Assembly (NCBI GenBank): GCA_902524805.1
Contig: CABZES010000004.1
Location: 24,878-88,877, forward strand
Direction of reading: 5' to 3'
Length of the DNA: 64,000 nucleotides
DNA from: an uncultured SAR86 cluster bacterium
Lineage (GTDB): Bacteria > Pseudomonadota > Gammaproteobacteria > Magnimaribacterales > AG-339-G14
Made by a program: the position numbers and the translations under genes. Below are positions 9,511 to 19,429 of this stretch, piece after piece (the stretch's first letter is position 1; the number at the start of each line of letters is the position of its first letter). The notes beneath the pieces are model-generated. The model did not search any database. It was not told the origin of the DNA and saw only the letters and a program-made list of their open reading frames with translations.

Positions 9511-10566
9511 ATGTTTGACTATTTAAAAGGTTTTTTTAGAAATTATTTTTACGAAGAAGAGCAGTTTGCTGCTCTTTTTATACTGATAATAGCTTCTGTC
9601 TTATTGTATTTCATAGGCTCAACAATTACCCCAGTGTTTGTAAGTATTTTAGTAGCTTATTTGTTAAATGGTGTAATGAACTTTTTTGAAGAAAAAGAAT
9701 ATTCAAAAAAAATATCTTTTTATATTACTTTTACAATTTTTTTAGCATTCTATTTATTTGTATTATTAAGTTTGCCTTATGTTACAGGTCAAATAGCTTC
9801 TTTGATAAATGAGTTACCTGCAATTGTAGCGTTTGTTGAAAATTTATTTGACGATCTTATTATCAGGTATCCAAATTTTTTTACTACTGAGCAAGTTGAA
9901 GAAATATTTGCTAGTTCCACTTCTTTCATTCCATCTATTGCCGAACAAGTCCTTATCCAGCTTAACACTGGTTTTTCAGCAATTATGAATGCTCTTATAT
10001 TTTTAATTTTGACACCCATCTTAGTTTTCTTCTTTTTAAAAGATAAAAGAGAAATGCTTAGTTATTTAACTTACTTTTTACCCAACAAGAGGGGTCTGCT
10101 TTCACAGATTTGGAGTGATTTGAATATTCAATTATTTGGTTATGTTAGGGGAAAAGCTTTAGAAATGTTAATTGTTGCCTCCATAACGTCAATTGCATTT
10201 TTAGCTCTTGGAGTTAATTACTCAATTATTTTAGGGATTTTAGTAGGGATGTCTGTATTGATACCATTATTTGGAGCAATTTTAGTAACTATTCCAGTAG
10301 TCGCAATTGGATTATTTCAATGGGGGCTTGATACATCATTTTATATTTTTCTGTTTGTCTATCTAATGATACAAATTCTAGATGGTAATGTTTTGTTCCC
10401 TTTATTAATGGGAAACGAGGTCAATCTTCATCCCGTTCTTATTATTCTATCCATACTAGTTTTCGGAGGTATATGGGGGTTTTGGGGATTACTTCTCGCC
10501 GTACCTATAGCAACCTTTATTAGGGCCGTTTTTAAAGTTTGGCCTAAAAAAGAACTATCAGTCTAA
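9511..10566 (+). CDS. AI-2E (PerM/UPF0118) family transporter
   Basis: 351-aa polytopic membrane protein with the typical PerM topology and a C-terminal LLAVPIA motif. Confidence 0.85.
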   Translation: MFDYLKGFFRNYFYEEEQFAALFILIIASVLLYFIGSTITPVFVSILVAYLLNGVMNFFEEKEYSKKISFYITFTIFLAFYLFVLLSLPYVTGQIASLINELPAIVAFVENLFDDLIIRYPNFFTTEQVEEIFASSTSFIPSIAEQVLIQLNTGFSAIMNALIFLILTPILVFFFLKDKREMLSYLTYFLPNKRGLLSQIWSDLNIQLFGYVRGKALEMLIVASITSIAFLALGVNYSIILGILVGMSVLIPLFGAILVTIPVVAIGLFQWGLDTSFYIFLFVYLMIQILDGNVLFPLLMGNEVNLHPVLIILSILVFGGIWGFWGLLLAVPIATFIRAVFKVWPKKELSV

Positions 10567-11025
10567 TTTTTTAACTTCTTCCAAAACTTCTTGAGCATGC
10601 CCCTTAACTTTTACTTTTCTCCACTCAGCGCATAACTTACCTTCTTTATTAATAAGAAAAGTACTTCTTTCTATACCCATATATTTTTTTCCATACATAT
10701 TTTTTTCTTTAATTACGTCAAATAAGTTACATAGTTTCTCGTCTGGGTCCGATATTAATTCAAAAGGATATTTGTATTTTTCTTTAAAACCTTCATGGGA
10801 TTTTAAGCTATCTCTAGAAACACCATATATCTCAGTTTTTAGTTTTTTGAACTCCTTGTGAAGGTCTCTAAAATCTTCACCTTCTTGGGTACATCCAGGA
10901 GTATTATCTTTTGGATAAAAGTATATGACGAGGTTTTTTCCTTTTAGTTCATCTGAGTTTATCTCTAATGAATTGGTTGCAGAAACCTTAAATTTTTTAA
11001 CTTTGGTATTTATCTTTACGCTCAT
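10558..11025 (-). CDS. bcp: thiol peroxidase Bcp (peroxiredoxin Q)
   Basis: AhpC/TSA fold with FYPKDNTPGCT peroxidatic Cys motif. Confidence 0.93.
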   Translation of the reverse strand: MSVKINTKVKKFKVSATNSLEINSDELKGKNLVIYFYPKDNTPGCTQEGEDFRDLHKEFKKLKTEIYGVSRDSLKSHEGFKEKYKYPFELISDPDEKLCNLFDVIKEKNMYGKKYMGIERSTFLINKEGKLCAEWRKVKVKGHAQEVLEEVKKLD

Positions 11026-11097
11026 GTTATTAATCCTTTTAACTATTTATATGCAAATAGTATAAAATTTTGTCTAAAAGTTAAACTTTAAATCTCG

Positions 11098-11988
11098 ATG
11101 AAAATAACAGGAGCTATGACTGCGATTGCGACACCAATGTCCGAAGATGGAGCCGTGGATTATTCCTTTTTGAATAAACTCATAGATTATCAAATTGATA
11201 ATTCAATTTCTGCCATAGTTGCGGTGGGAACTACTGGAGAATCAGCAACCATAGATTTTGATGAGCATGTTAGTTTAATTGAGTATTTTGTTAAATACAT
11301 TGATGGAAGAGTTAAAGTAATAGCTGGAACAGGAGCGAACTCTACTATTGAGGCTTTAGAGCTAACAAAATCAGCCAAGGATGCTGGCGCCGATGCAGCA
11401 CTTTTAGTTTCTCCCTACTATAACAAACCAACTCAGGAGGGCTTGTTTCTCCATCATACAAAAATAGCCGATGAGGTAAATCTTCCACAGATTTTATATA
11501 ACGTTCCATCTCGAACAGCATGTTTTATAGAAGCAGAAACTGTGAGTAGACTATCTTTGCATAAAAATATAATTGGCATAAAAGATGCAACAGGAGAATT
11601 GAAAAATTTAGAAGAAATTCAGAGGCTATGCAAAAAACAAATTTCTGAAGATAATTTTTTCTTATTTTCAGGCGATGATGCTTCTTCTTGTGAGTTTATG
11701 AAAAGAGGGGGACATGGAACAATTTCAGTATCCTCGAACGTAGCACCAAAACTTATCTGTGAAATGACAAAACTAGCAATGAGCAAAAGCAAAGAAGCAG
11801 AAAAAATAAATAAAAAAATCGATACACTTAATGAAATTCTTTTTGTAGAGTCAAATCCAATTCCTGTAAAGTATGCTTTATATTTAATGGGTCTAGCTCC
11901 ATTGGGTATCAGATTGCCTCTTACAGTTCTCAATCAAAAATATCGAGACAATTTAAAACAGGAGCTTAAAAAGTTACAGTTAATATAA
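11098..11988 (+). CDS. dapA: 4-hydroxy-tetrahydrodipicolinate synthase
   Basis: VGTTGES motif and the Schiff-base Lys in IGIKDATG; dapA-bamC-purC synteny. Confidence 0.95.
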   Translation: MKITGAMTAIATPMSEDGAVDYSFLNKLIDYQIDNSISAIVAVGTTGESATIDFDEHVSLIEYFVKYIDGRVKVIAGTGANSTIEALELTKSAKDAGADAALLVSPYYNKPTQEGLFLHHTKIADEVNLPQILYNVPSRTACFIEAETVSRLSLHKNIIGIKDATGELKNLEEIQRLCKKQISEDNFFLFSGDDASSCEFMKRGGHGTISVSSNVAPKLICEMTKLAMSKSKEAEKINKKIDTLNEILFVESNPIPVKYALYLMGLAPLGIRLPLTVLNQKYRDNLKQELKKLQLI

Positions 11989-12935
11989 TGAAGTTATTTT
12001 TTTTCATATTTATTTTTTTCATAGTTTCTTGTGCATCTAATCCAGAAAATAATAAGTCTAATAAATATCTTTCTGCCAAAGACAGAGAAAGTGTAGAAAA
12101 AATATTGGGACAAAATATATCTAAATCTGTAGATTTATATCCAATACCAACTACTGATGTTGAAGTCCCAAAAAAAGTCTATGAACTTCCACTGCCAAAG
12201 CAATATTTCTCATCAGAAGAAAATAATGAACTGAGGCTTCATAAATTAGGCGAAATTAGATGGATATATTTGAGTCTCGAACCAAGTAAAGCCTGGCCAA
12301 TGCTCCAAGAATATCTAAACGAAAATAGTGACTTAAATATTTCAAAAGCAAATCCTGAAACTGGAGAAATTTTTACTAAAGAGATAGAAAGAAACAATTT
12401 AAAAAATAGATTTGTATTCAAAGTTGAAAGCGGTCTGCAAAGAGAAAGTACAGAGATTTTTATTTCTAATGAAATTTTAAACGGAAGCACGTGGAGGAAA
12501 AATTCGGAAGATGATGAATATATCAAATCTGTTTCAACTAATATATTAAACGGTTTAAGCGAAATGGGATCTGTAACAGGAACTTCTTTAGTTGCTTTGA
12601 ATTTAAATTCAGCAGATAAAACAGAAGTATTTGTCGATAAAGATGGGTTCTCTAAAATAAGATTAATGGTAAATTTTCCTCGTGCATGGTCAGCGCTTCA
12701 AAGAACACTGACAATAGCTGAATTCGATATCAATGATTTTGATAGAGAAGAGGGAGTTTTCATTACTGAGATCAAATCTGAGGAAGGGTTTTTTGGAAGA
12801 GGCGAAACTAAGGAAATAAAAATCTTTGTTGAAAAGATAGCTCAAAATGAGACAATCATTTCTGTCTTTATGGAAGAGCAAGACAAGGATATTATTCAGG
12901 AAATCATTTCACAGATAAATCAGGTGTTATCTTAA
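11988..12935 (+). CDS. bamC: outer membrane protein assembly lipoprotein BamC (NlpB)
   Basis: Lipobox IVSC; lies between dapA and purC as in E. coli. The sequence is divergent. Confidence 0.75.
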   Translation: MKLFFFIFIFFIVSCASNPENNKSNKYLSAKDRESVEKILGQNISKSVDLYPIPTTDVEVPKKVYELPLPKQYFSSEENNELRLHKLGEIRWIYLSLEPSKAWPMLQEYLNENSDLNISKANPETGEIFTKEIERNNLKNRFVFKVESGLQRESTEIFISNEILNGSTWRKNSEDDEYIKSVSTNILNGLSEMGSVTGTSLVALNLNSADKTEVFVDKDGFSKIRLMVNFPRAWSALQRTLTIAEFDINDFDREEGVFITEIKSEEGFFGRGETKEIKIFVEKIAQNETIISVFMEEQDKDIIQEIISQINQVLS

Positions 12936-12936
12936 T

Positions 12937-13653
12937 ATGTTAGAAAAAAAAGAGATTCTTACTACTGGAAAAGCTAAGTCTCTATATTCAACCTCTGACC
13001 CATCAAAATTAATAATGGAATATCGCGATGATACGTCTGCCTTTGATGGGAAGAAGATTGAGAAGCTGGCAGGTAAAGGAACAGTGAATAATAGGTTCAA
13101 CGCTTTTATTATGGAACATCTTGAATCAGAGGGAGTAAAAACTCACTTCATAAGTCAAATTTCAGATATTGAATCGGAAGTCAAAAAACTTGAAATGTTG
13201 CCTATAGAGTGTGTTATTAGAAACATTGCCGCTGGAAGTATATGCAAGAGATTAGGCTTGGAAGAAGGAGTAGATATAGAACCGCCGACTTTTGAATTCT
13301 TCTATAAGGATGATGATCTAGGAGACCCAATGATAAATGAATACCATATCAATTCTTTTGGATGGGGCACCGAAAAGGATGTTGAAGAAATGAAAATTTT
13401 AACTTTAAAAGTCAACGGAATCCTTAGCAAACTTTTTTTACAAGCAGATCTTATCCTCGTAGATTTCAAATTGGAATTCGGAAGACAAGATGGAGTAATG
13501 TACCTTGGAGATGAGATGACTCCAGATGGCTGCAGAGTTTGGGATAAAGAAACAAGAAAAAAATTAGACAAAGACAGGTTCAGACAAGGCTTGGGAGACG
13601 TTATTGAATCCTATCAAGAAATTGCCTCTCGGATAGGTATTGATCTTAAATAA
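12937..13653 (+). CDS. purC: phosphoribosylaminoimidazole-succinocarboxamide (SAICAR) synthase
   Basis: GKAKSLY N-terminus and conserved SAICAR synthetase blocks ([21 protein letters not shown]). Confidence 0.95.
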   Translation: MLEKKEILTTGKAKSLYSTSDPSKLIMEYRDDTSAFDGKKIEKLAGKGTVNNRFNAFIMEHLESEGVKTHFISQISDIESEVKKLEMLPIECVIRNIAAGSICKRLGLEEGVDIEPPTFEFFYKDDDLGDPMINEYHINSFGWGTEKDVEEMKILTLKVNGILSKLFLQADLILVDFKLEFGRQDGVMYLGDEMTPDGCRVWDKETRKKLDKDRFRQGLGDVIESYQEIASRIGIDLK

Positions 13654-13661
13654 TTCTTAAA

Positions 13662-15335
13662 ATGAGCTTTCTTAAAACTAATAAAAAAATTATCGGTGCA
13701 GAACTTTTTATAAAGTGTCTTGAAGAAGAAGGTGTTGAATATGTATTTGGACTTCCTGGCGAAGAAAATCTCGATTTTTTAGAATGTCTTTGTAAGTCAA
13801 ATAAAATTAAATTAATTCTGACTAGACATGAACAAGGTGCTGGATTTATGGCTGCTACTTATGGCAGGTTAACAGGTAAAGCAGGAGTATGTTTAACTAC
13901 TCTTGGACCAGGAGCTACCAATTTAGTCACTTCAGCAGCTTATGCACAGCTTGGAGGTATGCCTTTAGTAATGATCACAGGACAAAAGCCCATCAAAAAT
14001 ACCAAACAAGGAAAATTTCAGATTTTAGATGTTGTGGATTTAATGAAGCCAATTACTAAGTATACGCATCAAATTTCTTCAGCAAATATGGTTGCTTCAG
14101 AAGTTAGAGAAGCATTCAGATTAGCAGAAGAAGAAAGACCAGGAGCAGTTCATCTTGAATTACCTGAGGATATTGCAAGCGAACCAACAAGAAGAAGACC
14201 ATTACCGAAAAGTATTGTTCGGAGGCCTATTGCAGATGAGAAATCGATTGATCAAGCAATAGAGTTAATTGAAAAAGCAAAAAAACCCTTACTAGTTCTT
14301 GGTGGGGGTGCAAATAGAACTAGTACGCATCAAATGCTTTCAGAATTTGTAGAAAAAACAAAAATACCTTTTATTACTACTCAACTTGGAAAAGGAGTTT
14401 TAAATGAAAGACATGAAAATTTCCTAGGATGTGCCGCATTGTCTAGCGGAGATTTTGTTCATAGGGCTCTACAAGAATCTGATCAAATCATTACTGTCGG
14501 TCAAGATAATTACGAAAAACCTCCTTTTATAATGCGAGAAGGCGAACGAACAAAAGTCATTCATATTGATCATGTAGCAGCTCATATAAATGGAATTTAT
14601 TTCCCTCAATTGATGGTGGTTGGCGATATAGCTAATTCAATATGGCAAATCAAAAATAAATTAAATGTAAATCCTCACTGGGATTTTTCAAAAATGCTTT
14701 TGACAAGAAAAGCTCACCTAAAGCACTCCACTAAAATTAGAGAAGATGACAGATTTCCAATCTTTCCGCCTTTTTTAGTAAGACAAATTAGAAATGTAAT
14801 GCCATCGGATGGAATAATAACTTTAGACAATGGCGTATATAAACTTTGGTTTGCTAGAGGGTATCCGGCTCTTCATCAAAATACAGTAATTTTAGATAAC
14901 GCATTAGCAAGCATGGGAGCAGGACTGCCATCTGCAATTACTGCGGCAATGATTTATCCAGATAAAAAAGTTATATCAGTTTGTGGAGATGGTGGCTTTA
15001 TGATGAACAGCCAAGAGCTTGAAACAGCTGTTAGATTAGGTGTCAATTTGACTGTTGTCATTCTTAACGACAAAGCATATGGAATGGTTAAATGGAAACA
15101 AGAAAATATGAAATTTTCAGATTTCGGATTAAGTTTTGAAAATCCAGATTTTTTGAAATATGCAGAAGCATATGGAGCAAAAGGTTATCGAATTACCAAT
15201 GGTGAAAATTTAAATGAAACTTTAGAATTATGTTTGAAGTCTCCAGGAGTGCATTTAATAGATTGCCCTGTAGATTACAGTGAAAATGATCAAATATTGA
15301 ATCATGATTTAAAAAATCTTAGCGAAAAATTATAA
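13662..15335 (+). CDS. ThDP-dependent acetolactate-synthase-like enzyme (AlsS-type architecture), orphan
   Basis: RHEQGAGFMA, GPGATN and the ThDP motif GDGGFMMN..N. There is no small subunit (ilvN/H) or alsD nearby. Confidence 0.8.
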   Translation: MSFLKTNKKIIGAELFIKCLEEEGVEYVFGLPGEENLDFLECLCKSNKIKLILTRHEQGAGFMAATYGRLTGKAGVCLTTLGPGATNLVTSAAYAQLGGMPLVMITGQKPIKNTKQGKFQILDVVDLMKPITKYTHQISSANMVASEVREAFRLAEEERPGAVHLELPEDIASEPTRRRPLPKSIVRRPIADEKSIDQAIELIEKAKKPLLVLGGGANRTSTHQMLSEFVEKTKIPFITTQLGKGVLNERHENFLGCAALSSGDFVHRALQESDQIITVGQDNYEKPPFIMREGERTKVIHIDHVAAHINGIYFPQLMVVGDIANSIWQIKNKLNVNPHWDFSKMLLTRKAHLKHSTKIREDDRFPIFPPFLVRQIRNVMPSDGIITLDNGVYKLWFARGYPALHQNTVILDNALASMGAGLPSAITAAMIYPDKKVISVCGDGGFMMNSQELETAVRLGVNLTVVILNDKAYGMVKWKQENMKFSDFGLSFENPDFLKYAEAYGAKGYRITNGENLNETLELCLKSPGVHLIDCPVDYSENDQILNHDLKNLSEKL

Positions 15336-15451
15336 AAAATTGAAATAATTTCTTTATAATTTTTTTATATAAAAAATAATAAGTTTATACCTTAAGTTAA
15401 AAAAATTCATTGTACCTTAATAAAGAGGTTTAATTATGGTACAGTGCGCTC

Positions 15452-16876
15452 ATGGATACAAAATATCTCTATAAAAGAAACAATGTATGGTGGGTAAAAC
15501 TCGCTGTGCCTTCTTCACTTAGATCTGAATTAGGTTATGATTTGAGAAAATCCACTGGGCAAAGCGATGTTGAAAAAGCTATTGTTGCTAGAGAAAATAT
15601 CATAGAAGAGTTAAAGAAAAAATTCGATTCTACATCTAATAAAGAAATTATTAACGAAGATTTAAAAAACAAGGTGACCTATTTGGATTATGCATCAACA
15701 ACTCCTGTGGATAATAGAGTTGTTGAAAAAATGAAAGATTGCCTCACCATAGATGGAGCATTTGGAAATGCTGGTTCAAGGTCTCATTCTTATGGATGGA
15801 AGGCTGAAGAATTAATTGAAGAAGCTAGATTAAATGTCGCTAAATTGGTCAATTGTGATCCAAGAGAAATAGTCTTTACCTCGGGAGCAACTGAATCAGA
15901 TAATTTAGCTATTAAAGGCGCTGCACATTTTTATAAAAACAAAGGCAAACACATAATAACTTCTAAAATTGAACACAAAGCCGTTTTGGATACTTGCAGA
16001 CAATTAGAAAAAGAGGGCTTTGAAGTTACTTACCTAGAAACAGATGAATTCGGAAACGTCACCCCTGAACAAGTTTCAGATGCAATTCGAGAGGACACTA
16101 CATTAGTTTCATTAATGCACTTAAATAATGAAATCGGCGTCATCAACGACATAAATAAAATAGGAGAAATCACCAGAGAGAAAGGAGTTCTCTTTCACGT
16201 GGATGCTGCACAAAGTGCAGGTAAAATTCCTATTGATCTTAACGAATCTAAAGTCGATCTGATGTCGTTTTCAGCTCATAAAATATATGGACCTAAAGGA
16301 ATAGGAGCTCTTTTTTTAAGAAGAAAACCAAGAGTAAGGCTTGAAGCCTTATTCCATGGCGGCGGTCAAGAAAGAGGTATTAGAGCTGGTACTTTGCCAA
16401 CTCATCAAATTGTTGGAATGGGAGAAGCATTTAGAATAGCCTATGAAGAAATAGATCAAGATTATGAAAAAATTAATTCTTTAAAAAATAGATTATACGA
16501 TGGTCTAAAAGATATGGAAGAAATATACGTTAACGGAAATCTTGAAAATGGGTACCCTGGTATTTTTAACCTATCTTTCAATTACGTTGAAGGCGAGTCC
16601 TTAATTATGGCAATTAAAAATATTGCTGTTTCTTCCGGGTCTGCATGCACATCAGCAAGTCTAGAGCCTTCATACGTCCTCAGAGCTCTTGGACGTCCAG
16701 ATGAATTGGCTCATAGCTCTATAAGATTTTCATTCGGTAGATTTACCAGTGAAAAAGAAATTGATTTTACAATTGATTTAGTCAAAAGGTCTGTCGAGCA
16801 ATTAAGAGAAATATCGCCATTATGGGAGATGTATCTCGATGGTGTCGATTTAAGTAAAATAGAATGGGCAAGCTAA
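15452..16876 (+). CDS. iscS: cysteine desulfurase IscS with an in-frame ~74-aa N-terminal extension (integrase arm-domain-like)
   Basis: PLP Lys in [12 protein letters not shown] and the catalytic loop [16 protein letters not shown]. The canonical IscS N-terminus ([12 protein letters not shown]) begins at aa 76, and an in-frame GTG lies at 15674. Confidence 0.9.
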   Translation: MDTKYLYKRNNVWWVKLAVPSSLRSELGYDLRKSTGQSDVEKAIVARENIIEELKKKFDSTSNKEIINEDLKNKVTYLDYASTTPVDNRVVEKMKDCLTIDGAFGNAGSRSHSYGWKAEELIEEARLNVAKLVNCDPREIVFTSGATESDNLAIKGAAHFYKNKGKHIITSKIEHKAVLDTCRQLEKEGFEVTYLETDEFGNVTPEQVSDAIREDTTLVSLMHLNNEIGVINDINKIGEITREKGVLFHVDAAQSAGKIPIDLNESKVDLMSFSAHKIYGPKGIGALFLRRKPRVRLEALFHGGGQERGIRAGTLPTHQIVGMGEAFRIAYEEIDQDYEKINSLKNRLYDGLKDMEEIYVNGNLENGYPGIFNLSFNYVEGESLIMAIKNIAVSSGSACTSASLEPSYVLRALGRPDELAHSSIRFSFGRFTSEKEIDFTIDLVKRSVEQLREISPLWEMYLDGVDLSKIEWAS

Positions 16877-16894
16877 TTTTTAAGGGGTAAAAAC

Positions 16895-17329
16895 ATGGCA
16901 TATTCAAGTAAGGTTGTAGATAAGTTTGAAAAAACTTTAAAAGATCCAAAAGCTGCAAGCGTAGGCAGATGGAAGCCTGGCGATGAGGATTACGATAAAG
17001 TTGGAACCGGTATCGTAGGAGCTCCAGCATGTGGGGACGTCATGAAACTTCAAATAAAGTGTGAAGATATTGAAGGTGAAAAAAGAATTGTTGATGCAAA
17101 ATTCAAAACTTATGGATGTGGTTCAGCAATTGCTTCAAGTGGACAGCTTATTGATATGCTTAAAGGCAAAACTATAGAAGAAGCTAAGGAGATTTGTAAT
17201 AAAGAAATTGTAGATATTTTAGAACTTCCTCCAATTAAAATTCATTGCAGTGTTCTTGCTGAAGAAGCTATTAAAAAAGCTATAAATGACTTTGAAACAA
17301 ATGACAATATCAGAAAACATAACCAATAA
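16895..17329 (+). CDS. iscU: Fe-S cluster assembly scaffold IscU
   Basis: GAPACGDVMKL, YGCGSAIASS and KIHCSVLAEEAI motifs. Confidence 0.95.
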   Translation: MAYSSKVVDKFEKTLKDPKAASVGRWKPGDEDYDKVGTGIVGAPACGDVMKLQIKCEDIEGEKRIVDAKFKTYGCGSAIASSGQLIDMLKGKTIEEAKEICNKEIVDILELPPIKIHCSVLAEEAIKKAINDFETNDNIRKHNQ

Positions 17330-17648
17330 TCATTTAGATTTAACCGATTCTGCCATCGGTCATTTTTCATCTCTTTTGAAGAATAAAGATAATCAAAATA
17401 TAAGAATTGGAATTAGGGACTCAGGCTGCTCTGGGTATGCCTATTTTTTAGAGTTTTCGGAAGAAATAAACACCGATGATGTTGAGTTTAGTTTTGATAA
17501 ATTTAAAATTCTTATAGATAAGAAAAGTTTTACTTTTTTAAATGGAACAACCATAGACTACATCAAAGAAGGTGTAAATTCTAATTTAACGTTTATAAAT
17601 CCAAATGTTTCTGCAGAATGTGGATGCGGCGAAAGCTTTAGCATCTAA
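17301..17648 (+). CDS. iscA: Fe-S cluster insertion protein IscA
   Basis: HesB/IscA family with C-terminal CGCGESF. The start is ambiguous (17286 or 17301), and both overlap the iscU 3' end. Confidence 0.9.
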   Translation: MTISENITNNHLDLTDSAIGHFSSLLKNKDNQNIRIGIRDSGCSGYAYFLEFSEEINTDDVEFSFDKFKILIDKKSFTFLNGTTIDYIKEGVNSNLTFINPNVSAECGCGESFSI

Positions 17649-17989
17649 TGCCAAAAATCAAAATTAAACCCCATCCTGAAATTTGCCCTGATGGTGCTGA
17701 AATCCAAGCAAAAAAAGGCACAACTGTATGTGAAGCCATGCTGGATAACAAAATAAATATAGAACACGCCTGTGAATTATCTTGTGCATGTACTACATGT
17801 CACGTCATTGTCATAGACGGCTTTGATAAACTCAATGAGGCCTCAGAAATTGAAGAGGACCTATTAGATAAAGCTTGGGGTTTGGAGCAAAGATCTAGAT
17901 TAAGTTGTCAAATAGTAGTGGAAGATGAAGACTTAGAAATAGAAATTCCTAAATACAATATAAATATGGTTTCTGAAAATCCTCATTGA
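17648..17989 (+). CDS. fdx: [2Fe-2S] ferredoxin of the ISC system (adrenodoxin type)
   Basis: Cys ligand pattern CELSCACTTCHV...C, and its position in the isc operon. Confidence 0.93.
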   Translation: MPKIKIKPHPEICPDGAEIQAKKGTTVCEAMLDNKINIEHACELSCACTTCHVIVIDGFDKLNEASEIEEDLLDKAWGLEQRSRLSCQIVVEDEDLEIEIPKYNINMVSENPH

Positions 17990-17991
17990 TT

Positions 17992-18186
17992 ATGAAGTGG
18001 ACTGATACTTATGAAATTGTTGATTCTTTGGTAGATAAATTCCCAAATCAAGATCCAAAAACCTTGCTTTTTACTGACCTAATGAATATGGTGACCACCT
18101 TGGAAGACTTTGATGATGACCCTGATAGATGTGGAGAAAGAATTTTAGAGGCCATTCAAGCTCTGTGGATAGAAGAAATAGATTAA
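17992..18186 (+). CDS. iscX: Fe-S assembly protein IscX (YfhJ)
   Basis: MKWTDTYEI start and DFDDDP acidic motif, as in E. coli IscX. Confidence 0.9.
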   Translation: MKWTDTYEIVDSLVDKFPNQDPKTLLFTDLMNMVTTLEDFDDDPDRCGERILEAIQALWIEEID

Positions 18187-18201
18187 TAATTAGAAGGTAA
18201 A

Positions 18202-18609
18202 ATGGAAACAACTTTGTGTATTATAAAACCCGATGCAGTAAAAAACGGGTTTGAAGACCAGATTAATAAAAAGATAACCTCATCAGGCTTAGAAATTTTG
18301 AAATCCAAAAAAATTTCTCTCACAGAAGAAATCGCAATGAATTTTTATAATGAGCATTCTTCAAAGCCTTTTTACAACGAATTAGTAGAGTTCATTACTT
18401 CGGGTGAAGTAATAGTTCAAGTTCTTCAAGGAGAAAATGCAATTAAATCATATCGAGCCTTAATGGGTTCAACAAATCCCGAAGAAGCAGAAGAGGGAAC
18501 CCTAAGAAAATTATTTGCTGAATCTTTGTCGAGAAATGCAGTGCATGGTTCTGATTCACAAGAATCAGCAATGCGAGAAATTGCTATAATGGAAGATATA
18601 TTTAGATAA
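18202..18609 (+). CDS. ndk: nucleoside diphosphate kinase
   Basis: CIIKPDAV N-terminus and NAVHGSDS active-site His. Confidence 0.95.
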   Translation: METTLCIIKPDAVKNGFEDQINKKITSSGLEILKSKKISLTEEIAMNFYNEHSSKPFYNELVEFITSGEVIVQVLQGENAIKSYRALMGSTNPEEAEEGTLRKLFAESLSRNAVHGSDSQESAMREIAIMEDIFR

Positions 18610-18611
18610 AA

Positions 18612-19421
18612 ATGAGTTCAGATTGGAAATCTCAATTACTTTCTGCGAGATCTTCCAAAAATCTCTCAATAGAGGAGTGCTCAGAAAAAACTAAAATACC
18701 TCTTGATTTCTTAATTTCTTTAGAGAGTGGAGACCTTAAGTTACTCCCTGTTAGTGTCTATAGTGAATTTCATCTTAAGAAATATTTTCTTTTCCTAGAA
18801 GTTGATTCAGAAAGTTGTCTTCGAGAGTTAAAAAAAGTTATTTCAAAACAACCCTCTAAGAAAGAAAAAATAGAAGAAAGTGAAACATTTAACATCTCAA
18901 AATATTTAAAAAACTATAATTTTTTATTAACTTCTTTATTTAGCTTTTCTTTAGTCTCATTAATTACAATTTTAATTCTCGGGAGTAATACAGAATATCC
19001 TTTAGAGGTCATAGAAAATGAAAAAAGCTTAGATAATGTTTTTATCACTGAAAATAAATTTGAAACAAAAGAACAAAATAATAATATTTTTGAAAAAGAT
19101 GATGAATCAAAGAAATCAAGTTTTCAAAATATAGAAAAAGATTCAAATAAAGATTTATTGACTAAACCTCAGAATGTTTTAGCGGATAAAATAAGAATAG
19201 CTGTTTCCGGCGAAAGCTGGGTAATTATTGAAGATAAAAATAATGAAACCTTGTTATACGCATTGATGCAAAATGAGGAACAAGAAGTCTTGGGTTATAA
19301 GCCATTAATCTTTAAAATAGGTAATCCTGAGGCAACAGTAATCACAATAAATAATAAAAAAATAAATCTTTCTAAAATCTCTAAAAAAAATACGAATTAT
19401 AGTTATATAGAAATTAAGTAG
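18612..19421 (+). CDS. rodZ: cytoskeleton protein RodZ-like (HTH + TM + C-terminal beta domain)
   Basis: N-terminal XRE-type HTH, a single TM segment, a low-complexity linker and a conserved C-terminal domain; ndk-rodZ-ispG synteny. Confidence 0.8.
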   Translation: MSSDWKSQLLSARSSKNLSIEECSEKTKIPLDFLISLESGDLKLLPVSVYSEFHLKKYFLFLEVDSESCLRELKKVISKQPSKKEKIEESETFNISKYLKNYNFLLTSLFSFSLVSLITILILGSNTEYPLEVIENEKSLDNVFITENKFETKEQNNNIFEKDDESKKSSFQNIEKDSNKDLLTKPQNVLADKIRIAVSGESWVIIEDKNNETLLYALMQNEEQEVLGYKPLIFKIGNPEATVITINNKKINLSKISKKNTNYSYIEIK

Positions 19422-19429
19422 ATAAAAAA

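Noticed and set aside
9305-9526. 73-aa plus-strand ORF spanning the bepA start region and the start of the AI-2E transporter gene.
   Set aside because: It overlaps the bepA signal-peptide coding region antisense and runs into the transporter gene. It has no motif support.
15452-15673. An intact prophage or genomic island adjacent to iscS, implied by the integrase-like N-terminal peptide.
   Set aside because: There is no integrase catalytic domain, tRNA or att repeats, and the flanking genes are core (ALS-like, iscSUA). At most this is a relic, reported as a finding rather than as a mobile-element feature.
17286-17329. 29-44-nt overlap between iscU and iscA as a possible frameshift or fusion site.
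   Set aside because: Both proteins are complete with their C-terminal and N-terminal motifs. The overlap is explained by a slightly extended IscU tail and an ambiguous iscA start, and no slippery sequence is evident.
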